In this document: positions 53,400 through 64,000 of the stretch, one piece after another
How positions within the stretch are numbered: the stretch's first letter is position 1
Layout of the letters: the number at the start of each line of letters is the position of its first letter
Assembly: GCF_001194135.2 (NCBI RefSeq)
Contig: NC_068997.1
Location: forward strand, 54,440,302-54,504,301
Direction of reading: 5' to 3'
Length of the DNA: 64,000 nt
From: Octopus bimaculoides
Taxonomy: Eukaryota
The notes under the pieces: generated by a model
Database searches by the model: none
Seen by the model: the letters and a program-made list of their open reading frames with translations, nothing else
Told to the model about the DNA's origin: nothing
Program-made: the position numbers and the translations under genes

Positions 53400-53570
53400 C
53401 CTTTCTACTATAGGTACAAGGCCTGAAATTTGTGGGGAGGGGGTCTTGTCGATGTAATCGACCCCAGTGTGACACTGGTATTTATTTTATCGACACCGAA
53501 ATGATGGAAAGTAAAAGCAACCTCGTCAGAAGTTGAACTCAGAATTTAAAGTTGGACGAAATGGCAAGAT
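53398..53570 (-). mobile_element. SINE family B copy with (ATT)n tail
   Basis: The reverse complement contains ctgagttcaacttc...gtcgataaaataa...ggccttgtacctatagtagaaaggattattatt. Confidence 0.85.
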
Positions 53571-53809
53571 CTGAGCAAGACCAAGGATCTAGTTCAAAAC
53601 GGGGGCACCAGTTTTCATTTATGTTTTATGTAGTGTTTTTGGTACCGAAAGACTTTCAAACTTCGTATACTTATCTATTTTGTGTTATAGAACAGAAAAA
53701 AAATTTTGTATTCGAATTAATTTCATGTAAAAAATTGTCTTATTTCGATAATTTCAACCAATCACCGACAAGTATTCAGCTGTTTACAGTTACTCCTTTG
53801 GCAGTTTAA

Positions 53810-54272
53810 GCGGTGTAAAGCGTATTTAATGTCCATTACTTCTGACATTTTGCAGAGAGGCAACACACGTGTGTTCGTTTTCCCAAACCCTAACCCTAAC
53901 CCTAACCCTAACCCTAATTGACTTGCTCCTTCCCTCAAAAACCAGGCCTTGTGCCTATAATAGAAAGGTTTTTTAGCTACTGCCAATATGCTTCAGCCAT
54001 TTTTTGACAAGGAAATAATAATTTTATCAGAATCGTTTGAGAATCGTTTGTTTACGTAGTCAGCACTTAATGAATTCGGCTGAATGGACGTCAGTCATTG
54101 GTTGAAATTACAGAAATACGACAACTTTAACATGAAATAAATTGCAATATAATAATTTTTCTTAAGAAGACTAAGAAAAAAGGATGTTTTATATGATACA
54201 TTCTACCAGTGTCCCAAGTTTCAAAGTGTTTCGTTAAGAAAATACTGGTGCCCCCGTTTTGAACTAGATCCA
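53810..54272 (+). mobile_element. Non-autonomous DNA-element-like repeat containing telomere-type repeats and copy 2 of the 120-bp repeat
   Basis: Contains (CCCTAA)5, an inserted SINE-B tail at about 53918-53970, and the 52.24 kb repeat. The family is not determined. Confidence 0.4.
53882..53917 (+). repeat. Interstitial telomere-type repeat cccaaa(CCCTAA)5
   Basis: Read directly. Confidence 0.95.
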
Positions 54273-54381
54273 AGACCAATATTTCTGCCGTCCAGAAGCC
54301 CGCACTAATCGGAACAGCGCACGTACTGTGGAGAGGGCAGTGGATCAAGTGACATCTTCCTTATAGGTGCCTCTTGGCACC

Positions 54382-54525
54382 TCAGTCGAGGTCGATTTTG
54401 CCTTTCCTCCTTTCGGGGGTCGATAAAGCAAGTTCCAGTTGAACACTTGGAACGTTGTGATCGATTTGTTCACTCACCCGAAATTGCTGTGACTGTGTTT
54501 GTCCTCCCAGTACAAAAGAAACAAT
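54382..54525 (+). mobile_element. 5'-truncated SINE family B fragment
   Basis: gaggtcgattttgcctttcctcctttcgggggtcgataaa. The first 108 bp are identical to 56799-56906. Confidence 0.85.
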
Positions 54526-54962
54526 TAACTTCATCATCATCATCATAATCATCATCATCAACAACAACAGCAGGGGCAGCAGCAGCAGCAGCAACAAAAC
54601 GAAAGTAAAGCATGATACCGACTTAAAGAATAAAATCTTAAAATGTTGAAACAAAGAAGGCTACAAAGTCGTGATATTGCCGTTTCTCTTTGGAACGTTG
54701 GGAATAGTGTCAAAATATCTGAAAGCAGACTGAACAACTTGATCTGAGCCTAGGAGCCCCCTCCCCGTCCCCAGAAAGAAGCAATACAGAGAAAGTGTCT
54801 AGTCTGAAGAGTCTTCGATACGATGCAAAGACAGATATGAAGAGCAGGAGAAGAAAGCGTTTTTAGGAAAAAGCACAAAATTCTCTGCGTTCTAAACCAA
54901 AAGTTGTAGCTCAATAGGAAACATAATTAAACCGATCAAAACCAATTCTGTGGAACAACACA

Positions 54963-55142
<180 letters not shown>

Positions 55143-56492
55143 NNNNNNNNNNNNNNNNNNNNNNNNNNNNNNNNNNNNNNNNNNNNNNNNNNNNNNNNNN
55201 NNNNNNNNNNNNNNNNNNNNNNNNNNNNNNNNNNNNNNNNNNNNNNNNNNNNNNNNNNNNNNNNNNNNNNNNNNNNNNNNNNNNNNNNNNNNNNNNNNNN
55301 NNNNNNNNNNNNNNNNNNNNNNNNNNNNNNNNNNNNNNNNNNNNNNNNNNNNNNNNNNNNNNNNNNNNNNNNNNNNNNNNNNNNNNNNNNNNNNNNNNNN
55401 NNNNNNNNNNNNNNNNNNNNNNNNNNNNNNNNNNNNNNNNNNNNNNNNNNNNNNNNNNNNNNNNNNNNNNNNNNNNNCCCCACTCAATAACACCAAGACT
55501 ACAACAGCATCAATATGTTTCCACTGTTCTTGATTTTGATGATCACAATGAAGCGGTCGGCAGCGAAGCGACACTCTTTTATCTGTGAATTGACCATTTC
55601 TAATGGACAGACACGACTGGAAGGTGACAAGAGTTATGACAGAGACGAACTTCTCAGAACATTTCATGCTTCAAACCTTGAATCCCATAAGAAGGCGAAA
55701 GATGACAGACAGTTCAAGATGGCGACAGAGGGTTATTCGTTGTTTCTTTCTTGTTTTGTTTTTCACTCCTCACTGGGCCGTAAAGTGACAAACAGCGAGC
55801 AGAAGTTAACCTGACTCAAGAGAGCATACAAAACATCTTGTAACACTATTTTGTATGAACTTTAAAATAGAATCTAATGCAGTTAGCTTTGTGTCTCTTG
55901 ACTTAGAATAGCATGGCTTGAGCACATAGGCGGGGGCGGCTGCTTCAATGAATTTTTCTGCTATTTTTCGGAATATCTTAATTAATATTTCTTAGTTTAC
56001 AGTCGAGTTCATTTTATTTATTTCAATGGCAGAAGTGGAAAGGCACTGGGCGTGGTACTCAAACTAGTTACTGATATTCCTATTCATTGTTCAATTCCTA
56101 GTGAGATGACGTTATTTTGTCAATTATTTGTTGTTTTGATATTTTAAACAGTAGTTCAACTCTGATCGAAAAGGCCTTGAATTAAAAGCTTTCGATCAGT
56201 GACCGTCCAGACTTTTATTTACACGCGTTGCATTCTATAGCACGTTAACCAGTGGTCTATTCTTTTCTAAGACACTAAGGGCTGATTAGAGGGAGATTTG
56301 GCTACTACTCTTTGAAAACTGAACAATCAGGTAAAGACTTCCTCATTGGCTTGATTCTCTGTTTAGAGGTCAGTTCAAATGAATAAATGCCATTATGTAC
56401 ACTTGTAAAATGAGGTTTACTTTATTGTGATTGTGTAACCTGAAAAATGGTCCAAGAGTTGTAAAATCATATGAATATTGCAGAGGTGTACA

Positions 56493-57100
56493 AGGCAGTA
56501 AGCTGGCAGAATCATTAAGCACGCCGGACAAAATGCTTAGCAGCATTTCGATCGTCATTGCATTCCTTCAATTTTGCCTTTCATCCATTTTATTTTTCAT
56601 CCATTTCGGGGTCGATAAAACAATTACCATTAGAGCACTTGGATCGATGTAATAGACTACCCACTCCCCCGAAATTGCTGGCGTTGTGCCAAAATTTGAA
56701 ACCAATATTGCAGACGTGTAAGGCGGCGAGTTGGTCGAATCGTTAGCACGCAAAATGCTTGGCAGCATTTCGTCTGACTTTACGTTGCCAGATCAAATTC
56801 AGTCGAGGTCGATTTTGCCTTTCCTCCTTTCGGGGGTCGATAAAGCAAGTTCCAGTTGAACACTTGGAACGTTGTGATCGATTTGTTCACTCACCCGAAA
56901 TTGCTGACATATGTTTGTGTGACTGTGTTTGTCATCCCAACATCACTTGACAACCGATGCTGGTTTGCTTACGTCCCCGTAACTTAGTGGTTCAGCAAAA
57001 GGAACTGACAGAATAAATCTTGGGGTCGATTTTCTCGACTGGAGGCGGTGCTCCAATATGGCCAAAGTCAAATGACTGAAGCAAATACAAGAATAAAAGA
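56493..57100 (+). mobile_element. Compound SINE cluster: two family B copies (56493-56710, 56721-56906) fused to a family C 3' part (56907-57100)
   Basis: Two A/B-box heads followed by gacaaccgatgctggt...ccccgtaacttag...ggcggtgctcca..atggcc.aagtcaaatgactgaa. Confidence 0.85.
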
Positions 57101-57689
57101 TAAACCTTATGGGGTCCTAAAACAACTCTTGTGACACCCTCGGACAACGAGAGGTTCACAAGCAGGTTTCGAACTCTTAGCATAAAAAATGTTCACCTAT
57201 CGATTGACCTCCTGTCTGGTGTGATTTTCTTATCACGCTTCTGCTCTCGCTCTGTACCAAAATCTTCGTTCCCTACAGAGGAAAAAGTCTTTTAGTAGCA
57301 AAGTGACTAAGAAGTCTGGAAAGAAAAGAAAGAGATTCTATGGAAGAATGCCAAATCGATTAGAAACTTTGGAGTCGTTTGGCCTTTTATTGGTAACGGG
57401 ATCGAATTCTTTGACACAAGATAATGAATACATGAATATCTTAATTAATTTATTAATCAGAAAATAATTAATTGTGTCCATAAACCTCAACCAATATTTT
57501 TGCATGGAGGAAAAAAATCAATATTGATCTGCCGCTGCTGTAGCTGGGTGTATCAATAAGCTGTCAGACAGGCAAATATTCTGCCAACGACCTGTATGCC
57601 ATCAAGAATGTTTCTTTGCATTCACCATCCGACACATATGGACTCACTGCATTTACATAATGCTCTTGGCTGTAAAGAGACATTAAAGA

Positions 57690-57910
57690 AATGTAATAAT
57701 GGCGACCCGTCTGATTGACCCTGTATTCCTAAAGGTACTACTTTGGTCTGTGCTCCTCCGAACTGCTTCATCTTGTGCACTTTCAGATGCACCCGATTTA
57801 TTCACTTATCTCTCCCACAGTTTTGTGCCCACATCGTGGTCATGCCACTTCCACGAAATACGCACTAGACCTTCCTCCGGAACGTCCTCCCTCAGAAGTT
57901 TCCACTCTTT
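57690..57910 (+). mobile_element. Decayed 3' fragment of a CR1/Jockey-type LINE
   Basis: Frameshifted pieces ATRLIDP, RYYFGLCSSEL and RNVLPQKFP match the end pattern KAIRLI.DP / RYY.G.CSSEL / WN.LP...FP. Confidence 0.55.
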
Positions 57911-58022
57911 TCTCACTTCTTTCTTATTTCAGATGCAGAGCCTCAAAATACCATAAAGTAATTGATGATACTTATGAAGCTGCAGCACTTGTAATAATGA
58001 TAACAACAACAACAACAACAAC

Positions 58023-58088
<66 letters not shown>

Positions 58089-58941
58089 NNNNNNNNNNNN
58101 NNNNNNNNNNNNNNNNNNNNNNNNNNNNNNNNNNNNNNNNNNNNNNNNNNNNNNNNNNNNNNNNNNNNNNNNNNNNNNNNNNNNNNNNNNNNNNNNNNNN
58201 NNNNNNNNNNNNNNNNNNNNNNNNNNNNNNNNNNNNNNNNNNNNNNNNNNNNNNNNNNNNNNNNNNNNNNNNNNNNNNNNNNNNNNNNNNNNNNNNNNNN
58301 NNNNNNNNNNNNNNNNNNNNNNNNNNNNNNNNNNNNNNNNNNNNNNNNNNNNNNNNNNNNNNNNNNNNNNNNNNNNNNNNNNNNNNNNNNNNNNNNNNNN
58401 NNNNNNNNNNNNNNNNNNNNNNNNNNNNNNNNNNNNNNNNNNNNNNNNNNNNNNNNNNNNNNNNNNNNNNNNNNNNNNNNNNNNNNNNNNNNNNNNNNNN
58501 NNNNNNNNNNNNNNNNNNNNNNNNNNNNNNNNNNNNNNNNNNNNNNNNNNNNNNNNNNNNNNNNNNNNNNNNNNNNNNNNNNNNNNNNNNNNNNNNNNNN
58601 NNNNNNNNNNNNNNNNNNNNNNNNNNNNNNNNNNNNNNNNNNNNNNNNNNNNNNNNNNNNNNNNNNNNNNNNNNNNNNNNNNNNNNNNNNNNNNNNNNNN
58701 NNNNNNNNNNNNNNNNNNNNNNNNNNNNNNNNNNNNNNNNNNNNNNNNNNNNNNNNNNNNNNNNNNNNNNNNNNNNNNNNNNNNNNNNNNNNNNNNNNNN
58801 NNNNNNNNNNNNNNNNNNNNNNNNNNNNNNNNNNNNNNNNNNNNNNNNNNNNNNNNNNNNNNNNNNNNNNNNNNNNNNNNNNNNNNNNNNNNNNNNNNNN
58901 NNNNNNNNNNNNNNNNNNNNNNNNNNNNNNNNNNNNNNNNN

Positions 58942-59005
<64 letters not shown>

Positions 59006-60627
59006 TGTGTGCGCGCGCGTGCATATGTATATGATGTTGTTGTTATTGTTGTCTTTGGTTGTTGTCTCACGTTAACCTTTGTTATTGTTTATATCATTTT
59101 TTCCTTCCGATAATCCGTTCATATTTTCTATTTTTCTTTGTTTTTTCGGAGCGCAGATAAAAGTAATCCTAAATGCTAGTGTGTCGAAAACACTGATCTG
59201 TAGTTATTTCTTCTACTGATACCCATAGTATTACGAAATAATTCACCGTATATAGAAATAAAATTCTAACGAATATCTAACATAAGTGATGTTTTCCTCT
59301 CTTTCTTACTTTCTTAGAAATTTCTAAAGATCGAAAAGCGATGAAAGCAGACATTCGTCTTTAACCACGTCATGTTTTGTCGGCCATTTTTTTTTTTAAG
59401 TCATCCATTTGCTTCTTCGTTATCTCATCTTTTTATATACTGGAAGGAAATACTTTCTGAAATCATATCAACGAGGGAACTTCTAGACAGACGATTGAGC
59501 TGAAAGAAAAAGAAACAGACAACTCTATTTCAAAGAAGATATTAACAAAGAACATCCTAACAGAGAAGAATACAACAGTCAGTGTGATTCTCCTAAATAG
59601 ATTTATAGGCTGAGTGGTCATGTCTAAATCGCTTTTAATCGTAGTTCATCTTGACCATTTTTGTTGTTGGGGTTAAACAATAACAAGAACAATTTCCCTA
59701 GAATTAAGGAGGGAATGTATAAGTATACTATTCCCAATATATTACCGGTACTGTAATGAAAGAAGACCGTTGTGTTTGTTGAAGCTTTGTGACATAAGAA
59801 AGAGTTTCTTACTATGCGAAAGAAAAAAGAATAATTTATTAATCCTTTATATTTCGGGTGACTCACCCTTCTTCAAAGCAAATAAATATTTAATATCAGA
59901 GGCTAGCCATGTTTATTTTATTACCGGTGCCTATTTCATCGACTCTTAAAAAAATACTAAAACCATTCTAATTTACTTCATTTCTTAATTTAATATCTAA
60001 TGCATCGAACCTAGAAGGATTACATTTAAAACGATTTCTAGACCTCATAGTATGAAACTGTTTCCAGAATGCATTTCTATCCGTCGGTCTAATTTCTCTC
60101 TAATTCTCTATTGTATTGCTTTGGCTAATTGAAAACAAATCTTAAAGATGTAAAATAGAAATTGGTCCATTGATCCCGTTGACATGAATAAGTAATGGAC
60201 AGGTATAGCTGTGCAGTTTTGGAATTTACTTTGTAACATGTAGTTTCTGGTTTAATACCACTGCACTGTACCTCCAAAAACGGACTCCTACCAAAGTCTC
60301 GGGTTGACCAATACTTTTATAGAATATCTTTATTCTTTAGTGTTATTCTGTAGTGTTATTCCGTCCACTGCTTTACCGATTCTATCTTGCAAAACTTAAA
60401 TGTAATTTCTAAATCAAGCATACTGTTTATAACGATGCATATAATCGATTGAGTTGATCTCGTACTTATCTAGCACTTATTTTATCGATCCCTGAAGTAG
60501 AAAACGTAAAGTTAATCTTGACAGGACTTAAAACCCTGGCTGTAAGGTAAATATAAAACTAAATATACTAAGAATAAAGAGAGAAACATTATCAGCATTA
60601 AAAGTCATAATATTATAATAAGCAAAG

Positions 60628-60838
60628 CGCGGCGCGCTGGACGAATCGTTACTGTTCCAGAAAAAAGCGCTTTGCTGCATTTCTTTCGTCCTGATGTTCG
60701 AATTCCACCGGGGTCGACATTTCCTTTTATTTTTTTCAGGGTCGATAAAATAAGTACCAGTTGGACGCTAGGGTCGATGTAATCGACTTCCCCACTTCCT
60801 CAAAATTGCTGGCCTTGTACCAAAATTTGAAACCAATA
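60628..60838 (+). mobile_element. SINE family B copy
   Basis: gcgctggacgaatcgtta...gttcgaattccaccggggtcgac...ggccttgtaccaaaatttgaaacc. Confidence 0.85.
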
Positions 60839-61754
60839 TTAGAATAAATCTAACGGGAATAAAGATAGCGGACAGGATAAACTAACTTTTGATCGGCTGT
60901 TGTAAATCAGCATCGATTATTGTAAGCGTTGGTCGTTTTCCCCTAAACACTTCCCTTTCGCTAGATTACCAGCTCCATTAACTTAAATATCAAGGAAGCT
61001 GCTATTCACAAAGGTGTTAAATTAAATATAAGTGACAGCTAAGAATGAAATTACAAAATGACAAATGATACTCTGTATGAAATATTCTTCACAAAGCGTC
61101 TTTGTTGTTCACTTTTATTATTATTATTATTATTTTCTGTCTTCTTTTTATGTGGAAGTTTTAAAATGATTTATTTTGCGATTTTTTATTTATTTATTTT
61201 TTTTAGACAGAAGACTTGAGACAGTAAAACTGTGATCCCAGAAGAGCAACTGTATCACGACGGACGAGGATATTTCTATTTTAATGTTTTACATTTATTA
61301 TTTTTCCTTTGTGTTTGCACTGCAAAAAAATATATACACAAAATCACAACCAAAACTAGAAAATAAGGATGAATAATAGAAAAAAGGTCTGTGCTGAGAG
61401 TCTATAACACAGATCGATTGGCAATGTGGCTTACGGTTGCGTTAACGTGATATGAATAGTGACTCAATAGGAAGGCCATCATCGCTTATACATTATCCGA
61501 TGTCAGGGCACTTAAATCAAACGTTACTCGCTGATACTGGCAAAGTCAGAGAGAAAATATGCGCCACAAACAGCCTGAATTGAGAGTAATTTCAGCTGGT
61601 CTGGAACAGAATTAGTATTTCCATATATATATACGTGTGTGTGTGTGCGTGTCTGTGTAGAATTACGAAGTGTCCGTAAATTATCTTTACAACTTCCACA
61701 CTTCAAACTGTGAAAATAAATTTATGGACAAATTATGTAAATATATATATTCTT

Positions 61755-61925
61755 TTTGTTTTATTCTTTTACTTGTGACAGTCATTTGACTGCGGCCATG
61801 CTGGAGCACCGCCTGAAAGGGTGTTTGTCGAAGAAATCGATCCCTGGACTTATTCTTTGTATTGTAAGTGGAGTACTTATTCTATCGGTGTCTCTTGCCG
61901 AACCGCTAAATTACGGGGACACAAA
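61755..61925 (-). mobile_element. SINE family C 3' part
   Basis: cagtcatttgactgcggccatgctggagcaccgcc...gccgaaccgctaaattacgggga. Confidence 0.85.
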
Positions 61926-61948
61926 CACACAAATATATACATACATAC

Positions 61949-61991
<43 letters not shown>

Positions 61992-61992
61992 A

Positions 61993-62073
<81 letters not shown>

Positions 62074-62210
62074 TGTTTCTTTATTAGCCACACAGGGCTC
62101 AACACAGAGGGGACAAGGTACAAAGTAGAGCTTTTCTTTTGGGGAAGAGGAAGTAGAGAGAGAAAAAAAGAAATAGGAGGGGGGTAGATTTCCGATCAAA
62201 AGGGATCGTA
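62074..62210 (-). mobile_element. Probable retroelement 3' end abutting (ATCT)n
   Basis: The minus strand has a pyrimidine-rich tract, then gagccctgtgtggctAATAAAgaaacat running directly into (ATCT)n. Confidence 0.35.
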
Positions 62211-62792
62211 AAGAGAGAAAAAAAAAGATCGATCAGCAAGACTGGTTTCAGTCCCGAATTGGAAATTCATCTGCTACTACCGATAGCCTCTTAAATCATC
62301 CATAGAAACACACTGTTTTTAAATACGTTGTCACTAAAGTCTTAATTAAATAAGAGAGAACGATTTACTTTCATAAGACATTCTTGGCAACAAGTTGAAT
62401 GAGTTTATCACTCGTTTATTAGCAATGTTTCATTACAGTATTGTATTGTAGAGGCTTTGGGCCAACATTGTTAGTAACAGAACGGAATATAAACGCATTG
62501 TTTCTTTGTATAAAATATCTTCGTGAACAGGAAAGGATGGATCAGAAAGATTAATTTCAGTCCTTACGTTTGGATTTTATCAGCGTCTGGTTCTATATAT
62601 TATGTTTAACTCTCCATAGGGACACTGTTTATAAACTCACTATTATTAAGAGCTTAAGGGTGTTTTGTCCAATTTCCGTATATAATACATCCTAAGCCGA
62701 TATTTCATATAAATAGTTGGTATTTACAACTGATTGTTACACTCAATACTAATTCGTATGCCTGTGTCTATTTGTATGTAAAAGCATGTACG

Positions 62793-62853
<61 letters not shown>

Positions 62854-62898
62854 GCGTGTGTGTGTGTATGTATATGCACAAACACATACATACATATA

Positions 62899-62980
62899 TA
62901 CGAGGTGATCCTAGGAAGTTTCCGGCTTTAAAGATATCGCGAAAGGCCTGGCTAGAAGCCCAACATTCCGAGTTCTTTTA
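62899..62980. mobile_element. Mariner-like terminus running into an assembly gap
   Basis: TA+cgaggtgatcctaggaagtttccgg, a TACGAGG-type mariner end similar to the reverse complement of the 29.6 kb TIR. Confidence 0.4.
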
Positions 62981-63369
62981 NNNNNNNNNNNNNNNNNNNN
63001 NNNNNNNNNNNNNNNNNNNNNNNNNNNNNNNNNNNNNNNNNNNNNNNNNNNNNNNNNNNNNNNNNNNNNNNNNNNNNNNNNNNNNNNNNNNNNNNNNNNN
63101 NNNNNNNNNNNNNNNNNNNNNNNNNNNNNNNNNNNNNNNNNNNNNNNNNNNNNNNNNNNNNNNNNNNNNNNNNNNNNNNNNNNNNAATATGTGTATATAT
63201 AAATACATATATATATATATATATATGCATACACACACACACACATATATATATATAAATATATATACATATATCCATATGTGTGTGTTGTTTATTATTA
63301 GATTATTGGTTACTACTTTATTGTTAATGTTATTATTATCATTACTTCAACTATTATTTTTATAAATCT

Positions 63370-63660
63370 GTTACATTCTACTTTACTTAGCAGTGACGTT
63401 GTCTTGAGATTTGGTGGCACCAAGTCTCTTCAAGATTTGAAGAATCTTTCTTTGAATTCTTACAAAACATAGGATGGTGCTTTTGTGTAGGTCAACAATG
63501 TGCGTCTTAGTTCTAATATCTTTCAGCCTCTTAGGAAATGGTTCGGGTGTAGTGTCAAGAGTACCAATTACAACAAGAGCAATTCGCAACCTTGCCTCCC
63601 AGAATTTCTTCATCTTTCAAGCTAGGTCTTGATATTTCTCTATTTCTTTAACAAAATCCA
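63370..63660 (-). mobile_element. Decayed R4/Dong-like non-LTR retrotransposon C-terminus
   Basis: VKEIEKYQDLA*KMKKFWEARLRIALVVIGTL...LHKSTILCFVRIQRKIL matches the R4-clade end EKIEKYQDL..EI.RLW....VPVVIGALG...LQK.ALL.TARILR. Confidence 0.75.
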
Positions 63661-63717
63661 CTCTGCTATCATATAATTTTTTCAATTTCTTTAATGGTAA
63701 ATTTTTTTGGTTGGCAG

Positions 63718-63921
63718 CAATCTGGCAGAACCCTTACCCTCCCGGGAAAAATTTTTAGCAGCATTTAGTCCGCCTTTACATTCTGAGTTCGAATTCTGCC
63801 GAGGTCGACTTTGCCTTTCATCCTTTCGGGGTTGAGGAAATGAGCAACACTTGAACAGTGGCGTCGATGTAATCGGCTTAGCCCCTCCCACGAAATTGGT
63901 GGCCTTGTGCAAAAATTTGAA

Positions 63922-63930
<9 letters not shown>
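63718..63930 (+). mobile_element. SINE family B copy with (ATT)n tail
   Basis: tggcagaa...gagttcgaattctgccgaggtcgactttgcctttcatcctttcgggg...ggccttgtgcaaaaatttgaaattattatt. Confidence 0.85.
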
Positions 63931-63954
<24 letters not shown>

Positions 63955-64000
63955 GATTGATTGATTGATTGATTTATCAAATTTGTCGTAGTAAAGTGCT

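Noticed and set aside
57699-57956. 85-aa ORF with a signal-peptide-like N-terminus (MATRLIDPVFLKVLLW...)
   Set aside because: Better explained as a frameshifted CR1/Jockey LINE tail (RYYFGLCSSEL in another frame).

Overview
AT-rich, microsatellite-dense eukaryotic genomic DNA with 17 N-gaps (about 6.5 kb, about 10%). The repeat families and SSR density suggest a cephalopod, probably Octopus, draft assembly (inference; no search run). Almost all ORFs in the supplied track are translated microsatellites or gaps. Supported content: (1) two well-formed, phase-compatible minus-strand coding exons (19826-19678, 14972-14801) plus a weaker third (27245-27122), together 148 aa of a protein I cannot identify, so much of the window may be intronic; (2) about 30 copies of four tRNA-type SINE families; (3) decayed autonomous elements: an RTE LINE, three R2-superfamily/R4-Dong-like endonuclease tails, a CR1/Jockey-like LINE tail, a near-complete Tc1 and mariner ends; (4) interstitial (CCCTAA)5. 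The most interesting signals are two variant minimal type I hammerhead-ribozyme-like motifs (45033-45072 minus, 51283-51318 plus) and a weaker third, all in Penelope-like repeats. There are also two tail-to-tail SINE/Dong-like junctions across (ATT)n tracts and a 108-bp perfectly duplicated SINE segment. No rRNA, intact tRNA gene, CRISPR array or intact transposase/RT ORF was found. Repeat boundaries are approximate.
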